64,000 nucleotides of DNA from assembly GCA_964016885.1 (NCBI GenBank), contig OZ024760.1, positions 32,798,001 through 32,862,000 on the forward strand. Direction: 5' to 3'. Position 1 is the stretch's first letter. Each line of letters starts with the position of its first letter. Shown one piece after another: positions 30,001 through 42,883 of this stretch. Source of the stretch: Eledone cirrhosa (Eukaryota). The notes beneath the pieces were generated by a model, which worked only from the letters and a program-made list of their open reading frames with translations, was not told the DNA's origin and searched no databases. A program made the position numbers and the translations under genes.

Positions 30001-33000
30001 AGAAAGCACCTAGTCCCCCCTGTACAGTGGTAGTGTAGGTCTCAAGTCAGAAAGCACCCAGTCCACCCTGTACAGTGGTTGTGTAGGTCTCAAGACAGAA
30101 ATCACCCAGTCCACCATGTACAGTGGTTGTGTAGGTCTCAAGACAGAAAGCACCCAGTCCACCCTGTACAGTGGTTGTGTAGGTCTCAAGACAGAAAGAA
30201 CCCAGTCCACCCTGTACAGTGGTTGTGTAGGTCTCAAGACAGAAAGCACCCAGTCCATCCTGTACAGTGGTTATGTAGGTCTCAAGTCATAAAGTGCCCA
30301 GGCTACCCTGTACAGTGGTTGTGTAGGTCTCAAGACAGAAATCACCCAGTCCACCCTGTACAGTGGTTGTGTAGGTCTCAAGACAGAAAGCACCCAGTCC
30401 TCCCTGTACAGTGGTTGTGTAGGTCTCAAGACAGAAAGCACCCAGTCCACCCTGTACAGTGGTTGTGTAGGTCTCAAGACAGAAAGCACCCAGTCCACCC
30501 TGTACAGTGGCTGTGTTTGTCTCAAGACAGAAAGCATGCAGTCCACCATGTACATTGGTTGTGTAGGTCTCAAGACAGAAAGCACCCAGTACTCCCTGTA
30601 CAGTTGTTGTGTAGGTGTCAAGATAGAAAGCACCCAGTCCACCCTGTACAGTGGTTGTGTAGGTGACAAGATAGAAAGCACCCAGTCCACCCTGTACAGT
30701 GGTTGTGTAGGTCTCAAGACAGAAAGCACCCAGTCCAACCTGTACAGTGGTTGTGTAGGACTGAAGACGGAAAGCACCCAGTTCTCCCTGTACAGTGGTT
30801 GTGTAGGTCTCAAGACAGAAAGCACCCAGTACTCACTGTACAGTGGTTGTGCATGTCTCAAGTCAGAAATCACCCAGTCCACCCTGTACAGTGGTTGTGT
30901 AGGTCTCAAGACAGAAAGCACCCAGTCCACCCTGTACAGTGGTTGTGTAGGTCTCAAGACAGAAAGAAACCAGTCCACACTGTACAGTGGTTGTGTAGGT
31001 CTCAAGACAGAAAGTGCCCAGTTCACCCTGTACAGTGGTTGTGTAGGTCTCAAGAGAGAAAGCACCCAGTCCTCCCTGTACAGTGGTTGTGTAGGTCTCA
31101 AGACAGAAATCACCCAGTCCACCCTGTACAGTGGTTGTGTAGGTCTCAAGACAGAAAGCACCCAGTCCACCCTGTACAGCGGTTGTGTAGGTCTCAAGAC
31201 AGAAAGAACCGAGTCCACACTGTACAGTGGTTGTGTAGGTCTCAAGACAGAAAGCACCCAGTCCTCCCTGTACAGTGGTTGTGTAGGTCTCAAGACAGAA
31301 AGCACCCGGTCCACACTGTACAGTGGTTGTGTAGGTCTCAAGACAGAAAGCACCCAGTCCTCCCTGTACAGTGGTTGTGTAGGTCTCAAGACAGAAAGCA
31401 CCCGGTCCACACTGTACAGTGGTTGTGTAGGTCTCAAGACAGAAAGCACCCAGTCCTCCCTGTACAGTGGTTGTGTAGGTCTCAAGACAGAAAGCACCCG
31501 GTCCACACTGTACAGCGGTTGTGTAGGTCTCAAGACAGAAAGAACCGAGTCCACACTGTACAGTGGTTGTGTAGGTCTCAAGACAGAAAGCACCCAGTCC
31601 TCCCTGTACAGTGGTTGTGTAGGTGTCAAGACAGAAAGCACCCAGTCCACAGTGTACAGTGGTTGTGTAGGTCTCTAGACAGAAAGCACCCAGTCCATCC
31701 TGTACAGTGGTTGTGTAGGTCTCAAGACAGAAACCACCCAGTCCACCCTGTACAGTGGTTTTGTATGTCTCAAGACAGAGAGTGCCCAATCCACCCTGTT
31801 CAGTGTTTGTGTAGGTCTCAAGACAGAAAGCATACAGTCCACCATGTACATTGGTTGTGTAGGTCTCAAGACAGAAATCACCCATTCCACCCTGTACAGT
31901 GGTTGTGTAGGTCTCAAGACAGAAATCACCCTGTCCACCCTGTACAGTGGTTGGCAGGTCTCAAGAGAGAAAGCACCCACTTCTCCCTGTACAGTTGTTG
32001 TGTAGGTCTCAAGACAGAAAGCAGCCAGTACTCACTGTACAGTGGTTGTGTAGGTCTCAAGACAGGAAGCACACAGTCCACACTGTACAGTGGTTGTGTA
32101 GGTCTCAAGACAGAAAGCACCCAGTCCACACTGTACAGTGGTTGTGTAGGTCTCAAGACAGGAAGCACACAGTCCTCCCTGTACAGTGGTTGTGTAGGTC
32201 TTAAGACAGAAAGCACCCAGTCCACACTGTACAGTGGTTGTGTAGGTCTCAAGACAGAAAGCACCCAGTCCACGCTGTACAGTGGTTGTGTAGGTCTCAA
32301 GTCAGAAAGCACCTAGTCCCCCCTGTACAGTGGTAGTGTAGGTCTCAAGTCAGAAAGCACCCAGTCCACCCTGTACAGTGGTTGTGTAGGTCTCAAGACA
32401 GAAATCACCCAGTCCACCATGTACAGTGGTTGTGTAGGTCTCAAGACAGAAAGCACCCAGTCCACCCTGTACAGTGGTTGTGTAGGTCTCAAGACAGAAA
32501 GCACCCAGTCCACACTGTACAGTGGTTGTGTAGGTCTTAAGACAGAAAGCACCCAGTCCACCCTGTACAGTGGTTGTGTAGGTCTCAAGACAGAAAGCAC
32601 CCAGTCCTCCCTGTACAGTGGTTGTGTAGGTCTCAAGACAGAAAGCACCCAGGCCACCCTGTACAGTGGTTGTGTAGGTCTCAAGACAGAAAGAACCCAG
32701 TCCACACTGTACAGTGGCTGTGTAGGTCTCAAGACAGAAAGCACCCAGTCCACCCTGTACAGTGGTTGTGTGGGTCTCAAGACAGAAAGCACCCAGTCCT
32801 CCCTGTACAGTGGCTGTGTAGGTCTCAAGACCGAAAGCACCCAGTCCACCCTGTACAGTGGTTGTGTAGGTCTCAAGACCGAAAGCACCCAGTCCTCCCT
32901 GTACAGTGGCTGTGTAGGTCTCAAGACAGAAAGCACCCAGTCCACCCTGTACAGTGGTTGTGTAGGTCTCAAGACCGAAAGCACCCAGTCCTCCCTGTAC

Positions 33001-36000
33001 AGTGGCTGTGTAGGTCTCAAGACAGAAAGCACCCAGTCCACCCTGTACAGTGGTTGTGTGGGTCTCAAGACAGAAAGCACCCAGTCCACACGGTACAGTG
33101 GTCGTGTAGGTCTCAAGACAGAAAGCACCCAGTCCTCCCTGTACAGTGGTTGTGTAGGTCTCAAGACAGAAAGCACCCAGTCCACCCTGTACAGTGGTTG
33201 TGTAGGTCTCAAGACAGAAAGCACCCAGTACTCCCTGTACAGTTGTTGTGTAGGTCTCAAGACAGAAAGCACCCAGTCCACCCTGTACAGTGTTTGTATA
33301 GGTCTCAAGACAGAAAATAGCCAGTCCACCCTGTACAGTGGTTGTGTAGGTCTGAAGACAGAAAGCACCCAGTCCACCCTGTACAGTGGTTGTGTAGCTC
33401 TCAAGACAGAAAGCACCCAGTCCACCCTGTACAGTGGTTGTGTAGGTCTCAAGTCAGAAATCACCCAGTCCACCCTGTACAGTGTTTGTATAGGTCTCAA
33501 GACAGAAAATAGCCAGTCCACCCTGTACAGTGGTTGTGTAGGTCTGAAGACAGAAAGCACCCAGTCCACCCTGTACAGTGGTTGTGTAGCTCTCAAGACA
33601 GAAAGCACCCAGTCCACCCTGTACAGTGGTTGTGTAGGTCTCAAGACAGAAATCAACCAGTCCACCATGTACAGTGGTTGTGTAGGTCTCAAGACAGAAA
33701 GCACCCAGTCCACCCTGTACAGTGGTTGTGTAGGTCTCAAGATAGAAAGCACCCAGTCCACCCTGTACAGTGGTTGTGTAGGTCTCAAGTCAGAAAGCGC
33801 CCAGTCCACCCTGTACAGTGTTTGTGTAGGTCTCAAGACAGAAAGCACCCAGTCCAACCTGTACATTGGTTGTGTAGGTGTCAAGATAGAAAGCACCCAG
33901 TCCACCCTGTACAGTGGTTGTGTAGGTGACAAGATAGAAAGCACCCAGTCCACCCTGTACAGTGGTTGTGTAGGTCTCAAGACAGAAAGCGCCCATTCGA
34001 CATTGTACAGTGGTTGTGTAGGTCTCAAGACAGAAAGCACCCAGTCCACCCTGTATAGTGGTTGTGTAGGTCTCAAGACAGAAAGCACCCAGTCCACACT
34101 GTACATTGGTTGTGTAGGTCTCAAGACAGAAAGCACCCAGTCCACACTGTACAGTGGTTGTGTAGGTCTCAAGACAGAAAACACCCAGTCCAACCTGTAC
34201 AGTGGTTGTGTAGGTCTCAAGACAGAAAGCGCCCATTCGACATTGTACAGTGGTTGTGTAGGTCTCAAGACAGAAAGCACCCAGTCCACCCTGTATAGTG
34301 GTTGTGTAGGTCTCAAGACAGAAAGCGCCCATTCGACATTGTACAGTGGTTGTGTAGGTCTCAAGACAGAAAGCACCCAGTCCACCCTGTATAGTGGTTG
34401 TGTAGGTCTCAAGACAGAAAGCACCCAGTCCACACTGTACATTGGTTGTGTAGGTCTCAAGACAGAAAGCACCCAGTCCACACTGTACAGTGGTTGTGTA
34501 GGTCTCAAGACAGAAAACACCCAGTCCAACCTGTACAGTGGTTGTGTAGGTCTCAAGACAGAAAGCGCCCATTCGACATTGTACAGTGGTTGTGTAGGTC
34601 TCAAGACAGAAAGCACCCAGTCCACCCTGTATAGTGGTTGTGTAGGTCTCAAGACAGAAAGCGCCCAGTCTACATTGTACAGTGGTTGTGTAGGTCTCAA
34701 GACAGAAATCACCCAGTCCACACTGTACAGTGGTTGTGTAGGTCTCAAGACAGAAAGCGCCCAGTCCACATTGTACAGTGGTTGTGTAGGTCTCAAGTCA
34801 GAAAGCACCCAGTCCACCCTGTACAGTGGTTGTGTATGTTTCAAGATAGAAAGCGCGCAGTCACCCTGTACAGTGGTTGTGTAGGTCTCAAGTCAGAAAG
34901 CACCCAGTCCACCCTGTACAGTGGTTGTGTAGGTCTCAAGACAGAAAGCACCCAGTCCAACCTGTACAGTGGTTGTGTAGGTCTCAAGACAGAAATCGCC
35001 CAGTCCACCATGTACAGTGGTTGTGTAGGTCTCAAGACAGAAAGCACCCAGTCCACCCTGTACAGTGGTTGTGTAGGTCTCAAGACAGAAAGCACCCAGT
35101 CCACACTGTACAGTGGTTGTGTAGGTCTCAAGACAGAAAGCACCCAGTCCACCCTGTACAGTGGTTGTGTAGGTCTCAAGACAGAAAGCACCCAGTCCAC
35201 CCTGTACAGTGGTTGTGTAGGTCTCAAGACAGAAAGCACCCAGTCCACACTGTACAGTGGTTGTGTAGGTCTCAAGTCAGAAAGCACCCAGTCCACCCTG
35301 TACAGTGGTTGTGTAGGTCTCAAGACAGAAAGCACCCAGTCCACCCTGTACAGTGGTTGTGTAGGTCTCAAGACAGAAAGAACCCAGTCCACACTGTACA
35401 GTGGTTGTGTAGGTCTCAAGACAGAAAGCACACAGTCCACACTGTACAGTGGTTGTGTAGGTCTCAAGACAGAAAGCACCCAGTCCATCCTGTACAGTGG
35501 TTGTGTAGGTCTCAAGACAGAAAGCACCCAGTCCTCCCTGTACAGTGGTTGTGTAGGTCTCAAGACAGAAAGCACCCAGTCCTCCCTGTACAGTGGTTGT
35601 GTAGGTCTCAAGACAGACATCACCCAGTCCACCCTGTACAGTGGTTGTGTAGGTCTCAAGACAGAAAGCACCCAGTCCTCCCTGTACAGTGGTTGTGTAG
35701 GTCTCAAGACAGAAATCACCCAGTTCACACTGTAGAGTGGTTGTGTAGGTCTCAAGACAGAAAGCACCCAGGCCACCCTGTACAGTGGTTGTGTAGGTCT
35801 CAAGACAGAAAGCACCCAGTCCACACTGTACAGTGGTTGTGTAGGTCTCAAGACCGAAAGCACCCAGTCCTCCCTGTACAGTGGCTGTGTAGGTCTCAAG
35901 ACAGAAAGCACCCAGTCCACCCTGTACAGTGGTTGTGTGGGTCTCAAGACAGAAAGAAACCAGTCCACACGGTACAGTGGTTGTGTAGCTCTCAAGACAG

Positions 36001-39000
36001 AAAGCACCCAGTCCTCCCTGTACAGTGGTTGTGTAGGTCTCAAGACAGAAAGCACCCAGTCCACCCTGTACAGTGGTTGTGTAGGTCTCAAGACAGAAAG
36101 CACCCAGTCCACCCTGTACAGTGGCTGTGTTTGTCTCAAGACAGAAAGCATGCAGTCCACCATGTACATTGGTTGTGTAGGTCTCAAGACAGAAAGCACC
36201 CAGTACTCCCTGTACAGTTGTTGTGTAGGTGTCAAGATAGAAAGCACCCAGTCCACCCTGTACAGTGGTTGTGTAGGTGACAAGATAGAAAGCACCCAGT
36301 CCACCCTGTACAGTGGTTGTGTAGGTCTCAAGACAGAAAGCACCCAGTCCAACCTGTACAGTGGTTGTGTAGGTCTCAAGACAGAAAGCGCCCATTCGAC
36401 ATTGTACAGTGGTTGTGTAGGTTTCAAGACAGAAAGCACCCAGTCCACCCTGTATAGTGGTTGTGTAGGTCTCAAGACAGAAAGCACCCAGTCCACACTG
36501 TACAGTGGTTGTGTAGGTCTCAAGACAGAAAGCACCCAGTCCAACCTGTACAGTGGTTGTGTAGGTCTCAAGACAGAAAGCGCCCATTCGACATTGTACA
36601 GTGGTTGTGTAGGTCTCAAGACAGAAAGCACCCAGTCCACCCTGTATAGTGGTTGTGTAGGTCTCAAGACAGAAAGCGCCCAGTCTACATTGTACAGTGG
36701 TTGTGTAGGTCTCAAGACAGAAATCACCCAGTCCACACTGTACAGTGGTTGTGTAGGTCTCAAGACAGAAAGCGCCCAGTCCACATTGTACAGTGGTTGT
36801 GTAGGTCTCAAGTCAGAAAGCACCCAGTCCACCCTGTACAGTGGTTGTGTATGTTTCAAGATAGAAAGCGCCCAGTCACCCTGTACAGTGGTTGTGTAGG
36901 TCTCAAGTCAGAAAGCACCCAGTCCACCCTGTACTGTGGTTGTGTAGGTCTCAAGACAGAAAGCACCCAGTCCAACCTGTACAGTGGTTGTGTAGGTCTC
37001 AAGACAGAAAGCGCCCAGTCCACATTGTACAGTGGTTGTGTAGGTCTCAAGACAGAAAGCACCCAGTCCACCCTGTACAGTGGTTGTGTAGGTCTCAAGA
37101 CAGAAAGCGCCTAGTCCACATTGTACAGTGGTTGTGTAGGTCTCAAGACAGAAATCACCCAGTCCACACTCTACAGTGGTTGTGTAGGTCTCAAGTCAGA
37201 AAGCACTCAGTCCACCCTGTACAGTGGTTGTGTAGGTCTCAAGTCAGAAAGCACCCAGTCCACCTTGTACAGTGATTGCGTAGGTCTCAAGACAGATAGC
37301 ACCCAGTCCACCCTGTACAGTGGTTGTGTAGGTCTCAAGTCAGAAAGCACCCAGTCCACCCTGTACAGTGGTTGTGTAGGTCTCAAGACAGAAAGCACCC
37401 AGTGGACCCTGTACAGTAGTTGTGCAGGTCTCAAGATAGAAAGCAGCCAGTCTACACTGCACAGTTGTTGTGTAGGTTTCAAGATAGAAAGCGCCCAGTA
37501 CTCCCTGTACAGTGGTTGTGTAGGTCTCAAGACAGAAAGCACCCAGTCCCCCCTGTACAGTGGTTGTGTAGGACTCAAGACAGAAAGCACCCAGTCCACC
37601 CTGTACAGTGGTTGTGTCGGTCTCAAGACAGAAAGCACCCGGTCCACACTGTACAGTGGTTGTGTAGGTCTCAAGACAGAAAGCACCCAGTCCACCCTGT
37701 ACAGTGGTTGTGCAGGTCTCAAGACAGAAAGCACCCAGTCCACACTGTACATTGGTTGTGTAGGTCTCAAGACAGAAAGCACCCAGTCCACCATGTACAG
37801 TGGTTGTGTAGGTCTCAAGACAGAAATCACCCATTCCACACTGTACAGTTGTTGTGTAGGTTTCAAGATAGAAAGCGCCCAGTCCACCCTGTACAGTGGT
37901 TGTGTAGGTCTCAAGTCAGAAAGCACCCAGTCCACCCTGTACAGTGTTTGTGTAGGTCTCAAGACAGAAAGCACCCAGTCCACCCTGTACAGTGGTTGTG
38001 TAGGTCTCAAGACAGAAAGCACCCAGTCCACCCTGTACAGTGGTTGTGCAGGTCTCAAGATAGAAAGCACCCAGTACTCCCTGTACAGTGGTTGTGTAGG
38101 TCTCGAGACAGAAAGTACCCAGTCCACCCTGTACAGTGGTTGTGTAGGACTGAAGACAGAAAGCACCCAGTTCACCATGTGCAGTGGTTGTGTAGGTCTC
38201 AACACAGAAAGCACCCAGTCCACCCTGTACAGTGGTTGTGTAGGTCTCAAGACAGAAAGCACCCAGTCCACACTATACTGTGGTTGTGTAGGTCTCAAGA
38301 CAGAAAGCACCCAGTCCACCCTGTACAGTGGTTGTGTAGGTCTCAAGACAGAAAGCACCCGGCCCACACTGTACAGTGGTTGTGTAGGTCTCAAGACAGA
38401 AAGCACCCAGTCCACACTGTACAGTGGTTGTGTAGGTCTCAAGACAGAAAGCACCCAGTCCACCCTGTACAGTGGTTGTGTAGGTCTCAAGATAGAAAGC
38501 ACCCAGTACTCCCTGTACAGTGGTTGTGTAGGTCTCGAGACAGAAAGCACCCAGTCCACCCTGTACAGTGGTTGTGTAGGACTGAAGACAGAAAGCACCC
38601 AGTTCACCATGTGCAGTGGTTGTGTAGGTCTCAACACAGAAAGCACCCAGTCCACCCTGTACAGTGGTTGTGTAGGTCTCAAGACAGAAAGCACCCAGTC
38701 CACACTATACTGTGGTTGTGTAGGTCTCAAGACAGAAAGCACCCAGTCCACCCTGTACAGTGGTTGTGTAGGTCTCAAGACAGAAAGCACCCAGTCCACA
38801 CTGTACAGTGGTTGTGTAGGTCTCAAGACAGAAAGCACCCAGTCCACCCTGTACAGTGGTTGTGTAGGTCTCAAGATAGAAAGCACCCAGTACTCACTGT
38901 AGAGTGGTTGTGTAGGTCTCAAGACAGAAAGCACCCAGTCCACACTGTACAGTGGTTGTGTAGGTCTCAAGACAGAATGCGCGCAGTTCACCCTGTACAG

Positions 39001-39620
39001 TGGTTGTGTAGGTCTCAAGACAGAAAGCATCCAGTCCACCCTGTACAGTGGTTGTGTAGGTCTCAAGACAGAAAGCACCCAGTCCACCCTGTACAGTGGT
39101 TGTGTAGGTCTCAAGACAGAAAGCACCCAGTCCACCCTGTACAGTGGTTGTGTAGGTCTCAAGACAGAAAGCACCCAGTCCACCCTGTACAGTGGTTGTG
39201 TAGGTCACAAGACAGAAAGCACCCAGTCCACCCTGTACAGTGGTTGTGTAGGTCTCAAGACAGAAAGCACCCAGTCCACCCTGTACAGTGGTTGTGCAGG
39301 TCTCAAGATAGAAAGCACCCAGTTCACCCTGTACAGTGGTTGTTTAGGTCTCAAGACAGAAAGCACCCAGTCCACCCTGTACAGTGGTTGTGTAGGTCTC
39401 AAGACAGAAAGCACCCAGTACTCCCTGTACAGTGGTTGTGTAGGTCTCAAGACAGAAAGCACCCAGTACTCCCTGTACAGTGGTTGTGCACGTCTGAAGA
39501 CAGAAAGCACCCAGTACTCACTGTAAAGTGGTCAAGTAGGTGTCACCACAAAAAGCACCCAGTACTCACTGTAAAGTGTTCATGTAGGTGTCACCACAAA
39601 ATTACCCAGTACTCACTCTA
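1..39620. repeat. 48-bp tandem satellite (about 820 monomers, continues beyond the left edge)
   Basis: Consensus GTCTCAAGACAGAAAGCACCCAGTCCACCCTGTACAGTGGTTGTGTAG repeated head-to-tail with few substitutions and rare indels. The ORF track shows 16-aa periodicity. The last 3 units (about 39480-39620) are divergent. Confidence 0.99.
25742..29935. repeat. 2206-bp higher-order tandem duplication within the satellite (46 monomers minus 2 bp)
   Basis: ORF pairs with identical translations offset by exactly 2206: 25742/27948, 25779/27985, 25848/28054, 26435/28641, 27336/29542. Boundaries are approximate. Confidence 0.93.
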
Positions 39621-39777
39621 AGGCTGGTGTTAGGATGGGCATCCAGATGTAGAAACGAAGCCAAACTCAGTTTTGTGTGAGCAAGACATGGTCACGTGAC
39701 CTGGCATTGCCCACAACAGGACAACTCGTCCAACCGATGGTAGCGCGGAAAAATGGATGTAAAAATGAGATGATGAT
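39500..39777 (+). mobile_element. RTE-type LINE/SINE 3' end contiguous with the satellite
   Basis: GGTGTTAGGATGGGCATCCAGATGTAGAAA...CCCACAACAGGACAACTCGTCCAACC...GATGATGAT matches the 3' UTR and tail of the RTE fragments at 40707-41143 and 59553-59930. Confidence 0.9.
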
Positions 39778-39894
39778 ACATATACATATAAATACACACA
39801 CATTTATTATAAATTATTGAGCCCTCTGCTGCTCATATCGAATTTTGTTTATCGTGAACTCGTGCGCCGATTTTTCGATACTCGATTTTTCTAC

Positions 39895-40268
<374 letters not shown>

Positions 40269-40608
40269 GTGGCAGAGGTTGGTGTGTCCAACTTTGATAA
40301 GAATCTGTTACAGAGAAAATCTTCACATAAAGAACAGCTTCCTAAAGTGGAGTCAACAGTCTGGTCCCCTCTCTCTCACTCATAGCCCCACCCCTCTCTT
40401 CTCATACACCCCCACCTTTGTCCCCCATCCCTTCCAAGACATACAGTCACATTTATGCGCGTCTATCTCAACAAATCCTCTTGAATGCATGTTTTTATCA
40501 AATCTAGATTCTGCACACATTTCACATTTGATCCTTGTAAGGAACGATAAAATAATTGTAATTGAAAGATATAAAACAAATTAGGAATTTGGAGGGGCTT
40601 AACCCTTT

Positions 40609-41689
40609 AACATTTACATTACTCTATATATTCTATTGTATTTTCACAGTAAAGTCTTTACCTCACATAATATCTCACATAACATTTACATTACTCTTTA
40701 TATACTTGGGATGAGGTGATAAAAGCCGACCTTACCCAACTACACCTCTCAAAGTCAATGACACACGACCGTGACTTCTGGCGTCACGCAGTAATACAGG
40801 GTACCCGACCTCCCATGGGTACATGCTGAAGCATATAAACAATATGCCCCCCCCCCCCCCCCCCCACCGCAAGGTGGTCGTGGAGGTGCCACGGCAAAAT
40901 AGCACCCAGCCCACACTGTAAAGTGGACGTGTAGGCGCCACGAAAAAGCACCCAGCACTCACTGTAAATGAGGTTGGTGTTAGGAAGGGCATCCAGCTGT
41001 AGAAATCAAGCCAGATCAGTTCCTGTATGAGCAAGGCATGGTCAGCCGACCAGACACTGCCCACAACAGGACAACCCGTCTAACCCATGCTAGCGTGGAA
41101 GAACGGACGTAAAACGGTGATGATGATGATGATGATGATGATGATACTATTGTATTTTCACAGTAAAGGCTTTACCTCACATAATATCTCACATAACATT
41201 TACATTACTCTTTATATACTATTGTACTTTCACAGTAAAGTATTTACCTCGCATAATATCTCACATAACATTTACAGTACTCTATATATACTATTGTATT
41301 TTCACAGTAAAGGCTTTACCTCACATAGCATTTACATTACTCTATATATACTATTGTATTTTCACAGTAAAGGCTTTACCTCACATAATATCTCACATAA
41401 AATTTACATTACTCTATATATACTATTGTATTTTCACAGTAAAGGCTTTACCTCACATAATACCTCACATAACATTTACATTACTCTATATATACTATTG
41501 TATTTTCACAGTAAAGGATTTACCTCACATAATATCTCACATAACATTTACATTACTCTATATAAACTATTGTATTTTCACAGTAAAGGCTTTACCTCAC
41601 ATAATATCTCACATAACATTTACATTACTCTATATATACTATTGTATTTTCACAGTAAGGGCTTTACCTCACATAATATCTCACATAAT
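40609..41689. repeat. 72-bp tandem repeat (about 9 units), interrupted by an RTE insertion
   Basis: Unit ATTGTATTTTCACAGTAAAGGCTTTACCTCACATAATATCTCACATAACATTTACATTACTCTATATATACT at 40609-40706 and 41144-41689. 24-aa periodicity in ORF 41087..41710. Confidence 0.95.
40707..41143 (+). mobile_element. 5'-truncated RTE LINE (ORF C-terminus, 3' UTR, (GAT)n tail)
   Basis: Translates WDEVIKADLTQLHLSKSMTHDRDFWRHAVI, homologous to WDDLINSVLTHLHLSKTMSLDRDLWRYSVI in ORF 59933..60334. Has a C-rich tract, a (GAT)n tail and an apparent TSD ATACT at 40702-40706 and 41144-41148. Confidence 0.92.
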
Positions 41690-41914
41690 ATCGAATCTAT
41701 GAGATTTTGATACTATTTATGTTGAGAACAATCCTTTAACATCAGTATAAGCAGCCAGTTACAGCCAGTTTGAACAGAAAGAGGTGAGAGAATTCTGGCC
41801 AGATATGGCCAGTTTAAATGCTAAAGTGTTAAACTAACTGAGAAATATTACTCAACAAATTTTGTCATCAACCTACAAAGCTTTCTTTTTTTTGTTTATC
41901 TTCCTATTTCTTCT

Positions 41915-41950
41915 TCTTTCTGATGAAGGACTAACGTTTGAAACGTTGAC
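41915..41950 (+). ncRNA. Degenerate minimal hammerhead ribozyme motif (Penelope-type remnant)
   Basis: CTGATGA-aGGAC taac GTTT-GAAAC-GTT. Stem II needs G-U wobbles and stem I is poor. Confidence 0.5.
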
Positions 41951-42060
41951 AATTATTTTCCTATGACAAGATTTAAACTAATATATATCATCATTGTATT
42001 GTTCTTTTGTGTTGTTTTGTTTTCCTTATTGACTTTTCTCATATACATATGTGTGTGTCT

Positions 42061-42275
42061 AGCACCCAGTACACTCTGCAAAGTGGTTTGCATTAGGAAG
42101 TACATCTGGCTGTATTATGCCAAATTATGGCAAGTATGAGCAAGATGCAGTGCCCTGGCCTGTCAAGATTTGGACCGTAACAAACTGTCCAACCCATGCC
42201 AGCATGGAATGCAAACACAAAATGATAACAATGATGATGGTGATGATGATGACAATGATGATGATGATAACAATG
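42061..42275 (+). mobile_element. Diverged RTE-tail SINE/LINE 3' fragment
   Basis: AGCACCCAGTACACTCTGCAAAGTGGTTTGCATTAGGAAG...CCAACCCATGCCAGCATGGAA plus (GAT)n tail, similar to the other RTE 3' ends here. Confidence 0.8.
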
Positions 42276-42883
42276 AAAAATTATTGTGTACAGTGCTCAG
42301 GTGCACTACAACTCATCAAAGGTGCATGTATAGTACATAGAGTAATGTACAAATGTCAGGAAAGTGAACAGTGTATGAGTCATGATATACACACAGACAC
42401 ATATGTGTATGGAGGGGGAATATTAGGTATAGTGTTGGTGAATTTGATGACATATACATATGACATACATGTATGACATATGACATATACACAACATATA
42501 TATGACATATACATATGATATATATATGACATATATACATATGACATATACATATGACATATACATAAGACATATATATATGACATATATCTATTACTAA
42601 GAAGCATTAAAAAGGAACAGCACTCATCTCAACTTCTTTGACTTGTTTTTAATCTAAAAAATATATGTTTGAGCCGTAAATATAAAATAACATTAATATT
42701 TTGTGCAGTGTACGAGACAGGTTGAAAACAAAGCAAGGAGGTATTAAAACTGTTCTTCCTAACTAAAATGTGTGTCTATGTTAGAAACAATGGATGACTG
42801 GTGCGGAAGTTTGACTCTCTAGAAGCCTACTAGTTTACTGTGACATACAATATACCTTTTTCTTTGTTCTCATTATAAATACT

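Larger units (their letters stand above)
40599..41832. mobile_element. Non-autonomous TTAA-flanked DNA transposon (piggyBac-like MITE)
   Basis: Left end TTAA-CCCTTTAACATTTA. The right end reverse-complements to TTAA-CACTTTAGCATTTA. No transposase. Confidence 0.75.

Noticed and set aside
1-39620. CRISPR-like or recombination-cassette array
   Set aside because: There are no unique spacers. Variation is point substitution on one consensus, the context is eukaryotic, and no cas or recombinase genes are present.
1-39621. Dozens of long ORFs on both strands (CRSQDRKHPVHPVQWL, LYSGCVGLKTESTQST and others)
   Set aside because: The 48-bp unit is a multiple of 3 and is stop-free in four of six frames. 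Stops and 1-bp deletions are propagated through duplicated blocks in every frame, so there is no sign of coding constraint.
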